From positions 1 through 38,710 of IMG/VR virus record IMGVR_UViG_3300031260_000128: 38,710 bases of DNA. One strand, written 5' to 3'. Source of the DNA: a virus (lineage: Duplodnaviria; Caudoviricetes). Position 1 is the first letter of the stretch. Each line of letters begins with the position of its first letter. Under the pieces are notes generated by a model. The model did not search any database, was not told the DNA's origin, and saw nothing but the letters and a program-made list of their open reading frames with translations. Positions 1 through 8,372 of this stretch are shown in pieces. The position numbers were made by a program, and so were the translations under genes.

Positions 1-456
1 TCAAAAGTTACCATTAGCAACTTGAAAACAAGTCAGACCTAGTTCTCTCCACATATCCACAACCTTATTTCTGTCATCAAAAATACACAGGATATCTTCT
101 TTATATTTGGGGTAAAATTTTAAAAGCCAAGAGCGCTTAAGAATCTCATCTGGAGTATATGTGTCCATTTCCCTAAGCGTTAACTCGTCATACATAACAT
201 TATTCTCTGCCAACCATTTGACAGTCTTTTCTTTGGCAATATCACCTCGAGCAGAAAAAATGTGGATTTTGTAACCTAGATGCTTTAAAGCATTTATAGT
301 AGTAATTACCGGTTGATTGGGTATATCCTTGTCACAAGCAAGAAAATATGAGACCCAATCAACTTTTTTAACTTTTGTCTTGTCAATATAATGGCTTCTA
401 TGTTTGTTTAACGCTAAAGTACCATCAAGATCTACAATAACTACTTTACTATCCAT
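1..456 (-). CDS. HAD-family phosphatase resembling the 3'-phosphatase domain of T4 polynucleotide kinase (PseT)
   Basis: DLDGT motif I, FSAR motif II, conserved Lys in PDEILK, and C-terminus FDDRNKVVDMWRELGLTCFQVANGNF similar to the PseT C-terminus; no kinase P-loop domain. Confidence 0.85.
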   Translation of the reverse strand: MDSKVVIVDLDGTLALNKHRSHYIDKTKVKKVDWVSYFLACDKDIPNQPVITTINALKHLGYKIHIFSARGDIAKEKTVKWLAENNVMYDELTLREMDTYTPDEILKRSWLLKFYPKYKEDILCIFDDRNKVVDMWRELGLTCFQVANGNF

Positions 457-458
457 AA

Positions 459-1355
459 CTATTTTATTAATTTTCTTATGTCCTGATGTGCATTAATAAG
501 TTCTTTTCTTAATCTAGTGAATTCTGAAAAATTATATTCTTTATGAATTTTTCCATGAAGAAGAATCATTCGACCATCATCAGTTAATTCACAGTTGCAA
601 TGTGCTAGTGTATTTCTTTCGACCTGTATTCTGTGTACAAGTGAACCATCTTTTAGAAGTTCCTCCCCAATATCTCCTATTAATTCTTTTAAAGAAACTC
701 TTACATTATCAAAAGTTGTAATAATAAAGTTATTGGCAGCGTCTTCTATAGTAGCTATATTCTCAATAACTTTTTGTCTTTCTTCTACTTTTTTTAATAG
801 GCGTGTTTTTAATTTAGTTAGCACCGCTTCACTTTTTGTTACATCACCATGCTTTGAAATATCTATGAGTATTTTTCTAATTTCAAGATCCATTTTGCTA
901 GTTTCTGACATAACCACGCCACGAATATTATTAATGTCAGACATTTTTTTTATATGGTCTTCTATTATTGGTTCTATATCATCATAGAATGTATCTCTAT
1001 GAACAATAAAGACACCATCAACTTCACTCTCATATAGCTTTTTACGAAGGTCTTGAGGAACCTGACCACTATAAAATACCATATCGGTAAAAATCTTACT
1101 TCTAAGGTGGGCAGCAATGCTAAGTCCATTTTCACTCTGTCTCCCTAGGTCATAATCAAAAATTATTAGATCATAAGGATTGTAAAAAGCCAATTTATTG
1201 GCCAAATTTTCTATTTCTTCTGCTGTAATACTATCTTTATGTATTATATCTGGTATGAACCCATTATCAGAAACTAAGAGCTTAAGGCGTTCAACATCAC
1301 CTTCAACGGCGTCAAATTGGTCTTCAAACCAAAGAACTTTATATTCAACTTTCAT
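459..1355 (-). CDS. Receiver (REC) domain protein with a C-terminal putative HEPN-like helical domain
   Basis: VLWFED acidic pocket, DLIIFDYDLG phospho-acceptor Asp, MVFYSG; C-terminal RNTLAH (Rx4H) at 600-617; no HTH output domain. Confidence 0.75.
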   Translation of the reverse strand: MKVEYKVLWFEDQFDAVEGDVERLKLLVSDNGFIPDIIHKDSITAEEIENLANKLAFYNPYDLIIFDYDLGRQSENGLSIAAHLRSKIFTDMVFYSGQVPQDLRKKLYESEVDGVFIVHRDTFYDDIEPIIEDHIKKMSDINNIRGVVMSETSKMDLEIRKILIDISKHGDVTKSEAVLTKLKTRLLKKVEERQKVIENIATIEDAANNFIITTFDNVRVSLKELIGDIGEELLKDGSLVHRIQVERNTLAHCNCELTDDGRMILLHGKIHKEYNFSEFTRLRKELINAHQDIRKLIK

Positions 1356-3886
1356 TATTTTCTGAGCCTTATAGATATTCTAAATCCATGAGGTGGTTGT
1401 TCTTCAGTGATGAAAATTTCTCCACCCATTTTTTCGATTTGTTTCCTACAATGAAACAATCCCAATCCTGAACCTCTAGTTGTTGTTACCCCTTTTTCAA
1501 AGATTCTTTCAGTTTCTAAAATAGAATGGTCTAGCCCCTTTCCATTATCAGTTGCTGTAATGTTCAGGACACTGTTCCCTTCGTTTTTAAGGACAAAATG
1601 TATGAATGATGACCTTGCTTTTTTTGAGTTACTTACCAAGTTATCCAACACCATTCCTAACTCTATAGGCGTAAATGTTGTAACAAATTTCTTGCTATCT
1701 GAATCCACTTTTATCTGAATTCTACTATTATATGCCGTAGAGATTCTTTCCAAATATTCTTTAATATAGATAGCGATATCATCTGTTATTTTTGTAGAGT
1801 CCAGTTTAAAATTAGCGCTAGTAGCAAATCTTGACGTTGTCATTATTTTCTCAACGGATTCTAATAGGTCACTTAACGAACTGGTTAATTCATCTTTATT
1901 TATTTCATTATCATTATTTAATTTTATTAGAGTAGACGTGATTTTCTGTTTTGCAGCTGATGTATATATTATTATTTGGTGCAGGAAGCTTTCTAGTTGA
2001 TCAACATCTCTATTTTCATGTGATAAAAGAAATAAATTTCTTTTCTTTTCTTCTTCATAAGCAGAATTAATTTTCTTAGCCTGAAGTTCCGCCAGCTGCT
2101 TTAGCTGACTCTCTTGATCAGCTTTTATTTCCGCTTGGCGCTTTAGATCAGATTCTTTGTGAGCTCTTAGCTCTGCTTCCTGTTTTAGTCTATTTTCTTC
2201 TTCCGCTCTTTTCTCAGCATCGGCGCGAAGCTTCATTTCAATTTTTGTTTGCTTCTCAGCTTCAAGTCTGGCTTTTAGCTCTCTAGATGCAATGTTTCTA
2301 GCTTCTTCTTCTGCTTTTTTCAATTCAGCGAAGCGTTTTCGTGCTCGCTCTACATTTTGTTGCAGCTCGTCGTTCTGTAAATTTTCTGCTATATTAGCTA
2401 ACTTCTCTACAGAACTTTCAAAATAAAGTGACTTCTCATTTAATACATCAACTAGGTTTCGACTATAATCCACTAGTTCAATATCTTTAGCTCCAGCTAA
2501 TTTTGATACTAGCTCAATTATATTTGCTCTATTCTCGTCTAGGTTTAGTCGTTGAGCGGTTTCATGATGTTTATCAATGCTGTCCTGCCAAGTTACCCCA
2601 ACTACATACTGTTCTAATCTACGAATACATTTTTTAAAAACATATTCAAACAATTGTGAGGATGCCTCAGTTTCAACTAATCCACCGTCACGGCTAGAAG
2701 TCTCTTTAAACTTAGTTTCCGGACCCGCGATATCAACACGCCCCATTATGTCCCGGGTACCGAGCGTTCTAGAGTGACCTTGCTGGTGCCTTCTATCTAT
2801 GCCCCAAGAGTCATCTGTTTCATCTCCAATGGGCATAACCCGAAACCCATTCCTAAATAAGAAAAGAGAGCCAAATGCAACTGAGTGTATCCCTGTACGC
2901 CTCTTAAATAGAGCCTTGGCTGACTGGTTCAAACTAAATATTTGGCATGAGAATTCTGAATCTGCCAATAGAGGATATTGACTAGTTCCCTCTTGAATAC
3001 AGTATATTAGCTCACCTCTATCGATAAGTGTGGTGACAAAGTGATTGTTTGTGTCTAGCTCAACCATAAGTGAGGTGGTCTTATCTCTGAGAATATTAAA
3101 AATATCATTCACAACAGGACCATTAACTAGCGATGGGGGATCTATTGGATCAGCAGGATTTAATGAGATATTTTCTGAGTATTGATTTTGTAACTTGTCA
3201 TCGAGTGCTTTCTCTCTTTGACAGAACATGTTCAATGTTATTGAAGATGTAACGTTACCGAAAGGATTTATTAATTTAGCTAGATTAGTTCTCAATCTTT
3301 TAAGCTTGGTTCTGTCCCAAGAATCAGGTTCTCTTAGGTCCGAAATCTCAAGTATGACACCGGCATTTTGATGATGTAATATACCATTTGGTAAATAAAA
3401 TTTTGATGCAACTTCATGTTTCACATCTATGTTTTCAAATTTTAGTTTTGCATCTTTTTCAAATTTACCCCAATCGACATCTAAAATATGAACACTTTGA
3501 TCTTGCACAGATTTAGATTGTAGTCTAAGTCTTCCACCAAGTCTGTCGCAAGAGAATCTACCAACTCCTTTATTTCCAGCATATATTTTGTGAGATTCAT
3601 TATCTTCGGAGCCATCTTTTTTTGCGGAGTATGCGACGAATAACCATTTATTTACAAGATCCTCGTAGCTCATGCCTTTGCCATCATCGATAATAAAGAT
3701 TTTCTCAATCTTTCCATCATGATCTTCAAATAATAAATTTACGTTTTTAGCATTAGCATCAAAAGAGTTCTTGACAAGTTCAAAAATTGCGATGAAGTCA
3801 TTAGTAATTAGATCTCTTCCAATTACAGATTTTAATGCTGAACTTATTTCGAAATGTAGTGGTTTTGATTGTTTATTTTCCGTCAT
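1355..3886 (-). CDS. MORC-type GHKL ATPase, coiled coil and histidine kinase-like fusion
   Basis: N-terminal ELVKNSFDA, DDGKGM, GNKGVGRFS, LFRNGFRV; C-terminal FLHQI (H-box-like), DNLVSNS, DNGKGL, IFEKG, GSGLGL; no TM segment. Confidence 0.85.
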   Translation of the reverse strand: MTENKQSKPLHFEISSALKSVIGRDLITNDFIAIFELVKNSFDANAKNVNLLFEDHDGKIEKIFIIDDGKGMSYEDLVNKWLFVAYSAKKDGSEDNESHKIYAGNKGVGRFSCDRLGGRLRLQSKSVQDQSVHILDVDWGKFEKDAKLKFENIDVKHEVASKFYLPNGILHHQNAGVILEISDLREPDSWDRTKLKRLRTNLAKLINPFGNVTSSITLNMFCQREKALDDKLQNQYSENISLNPADPIDPPSLVNGPVVNDIFNILRDKTTSLMVELDTNNHFVTTLIDRGELIYCIQEGTSQYPLLADSEFSCQIFSLNQSAKALFKRRTGIHSVAFGSLFLFRNGFRVMPIGDETDDSWGIDRRHQQGHSRTLGTRDIMGRVDIAGPETKFKETSSRDGGLVETEASSQLFEYVFKKCIRRLEQYVVGVTWQDSIDKHHETAQRLNLDENRANIIELVSKLAGAKDIELVDYSRNLVDVLNEKSLYFESSVEKLANIAENLQNDELQQNVERARKRFAELKKAEEEARNIASRELKARLEAEKQTKIEMKLRADAEKRAEEENRLKQEAELRAHKESDLKRQAEIKADQESQLKQLAELQAKKINSAYEEEKKRNLFLLSHENRDVDQLESFLHQIIIYTSAAKQKITSTLIKLNNDNEINKDELTSSLSDLLESVEKIMTTSRFATSANFKLDSTKITDDIAIYIKEYLERISTAYNSRIQIKVDSDSKKFVTTFTPIELGMVLDNLVSNSKKARSSFIHFVLKNEGNSVLNITATDNGKGLDHSILETERIFEKGVTTTRGSGLGLFHCRKQIEKMGGEIFITEEQPPHGFRISIRLRK

Positions 3887-5144
3887 TTTTTACACCTATT
3901 TCGAAATCCCCTAGCAAAAGACCTAGCGCTTCACCAAGAAGAGGTGGAACGGCATTACCTATCTGTGTATATCTCGGACATTCTTTTGTTCTACGGTTGC
4001 CACCCGTCGTATACTTCCCCAAAATGTCAAAACTATCAGGAAAAGACTGTATTCTTGCCATTTCTCTCACTGTCAGAATTCTAGGCTCTGAATAATGCAA
4101 TAGATCATCCGGTAAAGTTGTCAATGTTTTAGAAGGTTCATTTGCATTTAACACTGTAATAGCTTGTTTTTTAGTCCCAATTTCTAAAAGCATGGAGTTA
4201 TTCAGGCATTTCCCTGGTTCACAAATACTTTGAATTCTTTGAAACTTTTCTATCGTCTCGGGTTTGTGACGTGCCAAACGTAGACTATTTGGTTTCTTCA
4301 AGCCTGAATTTTTTCGTATAACTCTTAAATATTTAGATTGTCTTTTTGGCGGAATATAATCAATCTTTTTGAATCCTTTTTTTTCACTTCCAGAATGGTG
4401 TGCTAAATTATTTTTACTAACTAATAGGTCACCTATTGCATCACAAACTTTAACTCTTTTAAGTGGCAAACCTTTAGTAATTAAAAAGTCTCTTCTGCTT
4501 TCTTCTAATATGTCAAATGGATTTTTAAAGTCTTTATTAATTAATTCGTTTCTTATCCCTATCATAATAAATCTAATTCTATTTTGAGGTACGCCGTAGT
4601 CTGCACTACACAAATAATTAGTGAAAATGCTATACCCCAACTTCTCCAGTTTATCTTTTATAATTATAGATTGTGGAAGCTTAATGTTTTCCTCGTCGTT
4701 CGTTTTAAACGGAGTGTTAAAACCTCTAACATTTTCTAAAAGAAGGTATTTGGGAGATATTACTTCTACCATCTTTACATATTCTTCAGACAATTGATTA
4801 CGAGGGTCTTTTGCATTTCTTCGCCCCGCTAAAGAAAAACCTTGGCAAGGAGGCCCTCCGGCAATCAGATCAACTTTCCCTTTTAGTGCTCTCAACTCAT
4901 CTAAATAGTTCGCAAATACGTTTTGAATAGTATTGGCTTCAATGGGCAACCATTCTGGCCAATTGAAATGGGAGTGTACTCCATCGATTAAGTTATGCTT
5001 AAAGGTAGAAAATGCCATTGGGTCTTTTTCAATAGCAAAAAGGCCTTCCCAACCAGCATTACCCAGTCCCAAAGATAATCCACCACAACCCGAGAAAAGG
5101 TCGATATAAGTTCCTTTTTTACTATTTTTCAACCTCTTACTCAT
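3873..5144 (-). CDS. DNA (cytosine-5)-methyltransferase
   Basis: Motifs FSGCGG, GGPPCQGFS, ENV, QNRIR, REMARIQSFPD, QIGNAVPP; ATG at 5144. Confidence 0.96.
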   Translation of the reverse strand: MSKRLKNSKKGTYIDLFSGCGGLSLGLGNAGWEGLFAIEKDPMAFSTFKHNLIDGVHSHFNWPEWLPIEANTIQNVFANYLDELRALKGKVDLIAGGPPCQGFSLAGRRNAKDPRNQLSEEYVKMVEVISPKYLLLENVRGFNTPFKTNDEENIKLPQSIIIKDKLEKLGYSIFTNYLCSADYGVPQNRIRFIMIGIRNELINKDFKNPFDILEESRRDFLITKGLPLKRVKVCDAIGDLLVSKNNLAHHSGSEKKGFKKIDYIPPKRQSKYLRVIRKNSGLKKPNSLRLARHKPETIEKFQRIQSICEPGKCLNNSMLLEIGTKKQAITVLNANEPSKTLTTLPDDLLHYSEPRILTVREMARIQSFPDSFDILGKYTTGGNRRTKECPRYTQIGNAVPPLLGEALGLLLGDFEIGVKNDGK

Positions 5145-5416
5145 CAAAAAAACCTTTAATTTTAGTTATATATGCAGAAGCCGATTATAATATTTAGTAA
5201 GTAAAATACCAGGTGATACGTTAAATATTCTACAACTTTTTTGAGCACATTTTACACAGAATGGCCCCTATTTTTGTTATCAGTAGATGTGCACTTAGCG
5301 CTGAGTAAGAGCTATTCAATTGGGTTTTAGTTAAACTGCTCTGATGCGTTGACCATCTTTCTGAATGAACTTCTCATAGTCCTTATTCTTGCAACCCATC
5401 CTCTTATGGCCATTTA

Positions 5417-5749
5417 CTAATTTTTATTATTTGTGACTGCTTCCATTACTGTCCAATACTCTGTCATGCTTCCTTTTTTGCGAAGCTTGATCATCCCAGA
5501 GAAAACAGCCGTATCTGCAACATAAACCTTTTCGCCTTTCTCAAACATCACGCATTGTCCAGACAATATGCCAGCAGTTAACCCCTGAGAGAATGCGTCC
5601 ATATCTTTATCTACAGCGTAGCGGAGTAGCTTGTCATAGTAATCTCTATCTTGGCAGCCGATGTTTTGGTCTCGAGTGATGGTTTTCTCTAATGCACTGG
5701 CGCTAAGACTAACTAAAGCTAACGCAATGATGGATAGTTGTTTTTTCAT
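5417..5749 (-). CDS. Small secreted/periplasmic protein downstream of cI
   Basis: Sec signal MKKQLSIIALALVSLSASA; AAGGA RBS 8 nt before ATG 5749; two Cys residues. Confidence 0.75.
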   Translation of the reverse strand: MKKQLSIIALALVSLSASALEKTITRDQNIGCQDRDYYDKLLRYAVDKDMDAFSQGLTAGILSGQCVMFEKGEKVYVADTAVFSGMIKLRKKGSMTEYWTVMEAVTNNKN

Positions 5750-5786
5750 TGAAAACATCCTTGTGAGTGTAAAGAGTTGATCGTTG

Positions 5787-6737
5787 TTAACAGCGTTCTA
5801 AAACGCTCACCACTTTACCGTGAATGTGAGTGGTTTCGCTGTTAACTGCGTAACGTTCCCCGTTGTCGAGTAGATACACTTTACCATCTGGAAGCAACTG
5901 CATCTCGCCGATTTTGTAAACATCATTAATCCGGTACAGGTATGTGCCTTCTGTGACTGTCTTTTCAGCGCAAGATACGAAGAGTAACTTGTTTGCTGAT
6001 TGCAACACTAACGCCTTGTGCTTGGGGTTTAAGCCAAAAGCTTGCACGGCTTCTAGGTTGAAGTGATAGTCCTGGCTGGGAACCAATTGACCGTTTTCAA
6101 TATGGAAAACGCTTAGGCTTGTCTGCGGTTGGTGTTGCTCTGAACTCACTGGTGTAACTACGGATGGTGTGGATGGGGATACACTAGGGAACTCGTTTCC
6201 TTGACCAAAACACAAGTATTTAAGACTGACGCCAGTGATAAGATGAATTCTTACTAGCAGTTCATGTGGCACTGTATTCCTTGTCGTCCAAGTTGAAAAT
6301 GTACCAGCTGTTATCCCCAACAACTCGCCAAGTTCAATTCGTGTTCTGACTTTAAACAAGTGGATTAATCGCTTGATTAATGTACGACCTCCATCCGCAT
6401 TTATCGGCTGAGAAAGTGTCTGTCGATTTCGGTCTTTTTCATCAAATGAATATTTATCTGGCATCCTATCTAACTGGATTCCAAAACAAAGGTATTGCAT
6501 TGGAACATTTGTAATCAAATGAATGCGTATTAACAATTCGAAAGGAGTGCTGTCTCTTGTCATCCATGTTGAGATTGTACCAGGTGTTACCCCGATTAAC
6601 TCACTAAGATCGCCTCTGCCCCTCAAGTTAAACAAGTGAATAAGTCGAGATATAAGCGTCTTCCCACCATCACATCTAACTGGCGACTTTAATTCTATTG
6701 AATTATTTTTTGTTTTATCATTGCAATTAACATTCAT
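5787..6737 (-). CDS. cI: 186/K139-type CI repressor with two tandem N-terminal HTH domains
   Basis: Two 64-aa repeats DGG..LI.RLIHLF...GT.STW.TR...P.ELL.RIHLIT.V...YLCFG followed by a beta-rich C-terminal domain; divergent from cox; start uncertain (6737 preferred). Confidence 0.88.
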   Translation of the reverse strand: MNVNCNDKTKNNSIELKSPVRCDGGKTLISRLIHLFNLRGRGDLSELIGVTPGTISTWMTRDSTPFELLIRIHLITNVPMQYLCFGIQLDRMPDKYSFDEKDRNRQTLSQPINADGGRTLIKRLIHLFKVRTRIELGELLGITAGTFSTWTTRNTVPHELLVRIHLITGVSLKYLCFGQGNEFPSVSPSTPSVVTPVSSEQHQPQTSLSVFHIENGQLVPSQDYHFNLEAVQAFGLNPKHKALVLQSANKLLFVSCAEKTVTEGTYLYRINDVYKIGEMQLLPDGKVYLLDNGERYAVNSETTHIHGKVVSVLERC

Positions 6738-6744
6738 ATGATCA

Positions 6745-6832
6745 ACAATCCATTTGTTTGATAAACGAGCGCCACAATCCGCCAAGATGCAGAGCGCTAA
6801 CAATCGAGGATATCACAATGTCAGAAACAATC
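6745..6832. promoter_or_regulatory. Lysis/lysogeny switch region with five ACAAT(C/G) direct repeats
   Basis: Copies at 6745, 6774, 6800, 6815 and 6827 between and around the divergent cI and cox starts. Confidence 0.45.
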
Positions 6833-7063
6833 CCTGATATTCAGCTGCAAGTGCCTACTCCATATGTGACATATGAAGAATTTGCACGGATCACAGGGCT
6901 ACCTTACAACACCGTCAAACGCATGGTTTATGACGGCCGTCTGCCCGTCCGGGAGAAAAACAATCCCAAAGAAAAACCCATGATCAACCTTGTTGCGCTG
7001 CACAAGGAAGCGGGTTCCAAGCCAGTCGCTGATCCACTTTCAGCACATCAACACACCGCATAA
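6818..7063 (+). CDS. cox: Cox/Apl-like regulator (winged HTH)
   Basis: PYVTYEEFARITGLPYNTVKRMVYDGRLP and INLVAL; GAGGA RBS; divergent from cI. Confidence 0.85.
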   Translation: MSETIPDIQLQVPTPYVTYEEFARITGLPYNTVKRMVYDGRLPVREKNNPKEKPMINLVALHKEAGSKPVADPLSAHQHTA

Positions 7064-7100
7064 CGCAGTTACAGCATCGCGCAATAGGGAGAAAGCCGCC

Positions 7101-7646
7101 ATGTATGCAACTCAAATGAATATACAAAAAGGCGCAGGACAGCCGCATGTGCTAGGAGCTATGCGCCAGTTCGCTGATGCCGAAAACCTTAATGAAATAG
7201 CAGACCGGGCAGGGCTGCGGTCAGCGCAGGTTCTGCGTAACAAGCTGTTAGCAGAACAACCTCACCAGTTGACGATTCATGAGCTGGTGAAGGTGACGCT
7301 GGCAAGCGGCAACCGCTGTCTGGTTGATGGCATTCTGCTGGAGCTGCAATGTGCGCCATCAGTGGGCATTAAACAGCTGCAAGACGCAGCGAACATGTCA
7401 CTGACAGACCGGGCACTAGAGATAACAGCCAATGCCGGACAACTGGGCAGTATTGCTCTGGATGCCAAAACAAAGCGCGGTGTTACTAACCGCATGAGGC
7501 ACGAGGCTGCGCGCAGGGTTGCGCTGGTCATGAGTTCCTTAGCCGTTTTTATGTCCGAAATTGAATCCCGCTGTCAGTCCATACCTGTGCTGTCAGTTGC
7601 CAGCGATGTATTTCAAGCAGGCATGCCAATGCCTGGCCTGTCGTAA
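7101..7646 (+). CDS. cII: Phage regulatory protein CII (186 CII/CP76 family)
   Basis: QVLRNKLLAEQPHQLTIHEL motif; follows cox. Confidence 0.88.
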   Translation: MYATQMNIQKGAGQPHVLGAMRQFADAENLNEIADRAGLRSAQVLRNKLLAEQPHQLTIHELVKVTLASGNRCLVDGILLELQCAPSVGIKQLQDAANMSLTDRALEITANAGQLGSIALDAKTKRGVTNRMRHEAARRVALVMSSLAVFMSEIESRCQSIPVLSVASDVFQAGMPMPGLS

Positions 7647-7656
7647 GAGGCTCTAA

Positions 7657-7929
7657 ATGAATACCGCATTTTTACTTGCCGCCCGTTTTGAAACGCCAGC
7701 CGTGGAGCTACGCAAAATCTGCCTGGAGTTTTTTGGCATCAACGCCAAAACCGCAGAGCAACACGCTGCCGCGCAAAAGTTGCCAGTACCGACATTCAAA
7801 CTGCGCGATTCGGGCAAGGCACCCACTATGGTCAAAATCGAAGATCTGGCTGCTTTTATCGATGCCCGTCACGCCGCCGCGAAACGTGACTGGGATGCCA
7901 TACAGCACGCTAAGGGGAACATCAGATGA
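7657..7929 (+). CDS. PrtN (pyocin activator)-family DNA-binding protein, possible excisionase
   Basis: MNTAFLLAARF, LPVPTFKLRDSGKAPTMVKIEDLAAFID family signature. Confidence 0.8.
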   Translation: MNTAFLLAARFETPAVELRKICLEFFGINAKTAEQHAAAQKLPVPTFKLRDSGKAPTMVKIEDLAAFIDARHAAAKRDWDAIQHAKGNIR

Positions 7930-8372
7930 ACAGTTGCCAAACGGTAAAGACGCGCGATGGCATGGTGCCGTTATCCAGTTTCAAAATGACGGGAGAACAG
8001 GCGATTGCCACTATGCGCAAACAACTGGGCAAATCCAGTTTGGCCGCCGCCTACGACAAGCTGACAGGTCAGCAGCGCGCCATCGTGCTGTTTGCTGCCC
8101 GTATCAAACCATCAACAGCTATAGACACGCCGCTGTTGCAGTTGCCTATGGCCCAGCGTGAGGCAGTACGTATGGCAATCATCAGTATCGCCAATTTGGG
8201 CAATGCCATGGCAGGTGTCCCGAATGGGCGTGAGCAGATCATCACCGAACATCCTCAGCGCAAGCCAAAGCAGATCAAGCCAAGCACTCCGGCCAATACC
8301 AATCACACAATCGACATCAGTGAGTTAGCTGCCGAGTTAGCCGCAGATGTAGCACAGAGGAAACGGGCATGA
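7926..8372 (+). CDS. P2-like early protein (position of gpB-type genes)
   Basis: Overlaps both neighbours by ATGA; YDKLTGQQRAIVLFAA resembles P2-family early proteins. Confidence 0.6.
   Translation: MNSCQTVKTRDGMVPLSSFKMTGEQAIATMRKQLGKSSLAAAYDKLTGQQRAIVLFAARIKPSTAIDTPLLQLPMAQREAVRMAIISIANLGNAMAGVPNGREQIITEHPQRKPKQIKPSTPANTNHTIDISELAAELAADVAQRKRA

Noticed and set aside
1-5144. Ordinary type II R-M system or ordinary two-component system
   Set aside because: No endonuclease motif recognised in the window, the kinase lacks TM/sensor domains and the receiver has no DNA-binding output.
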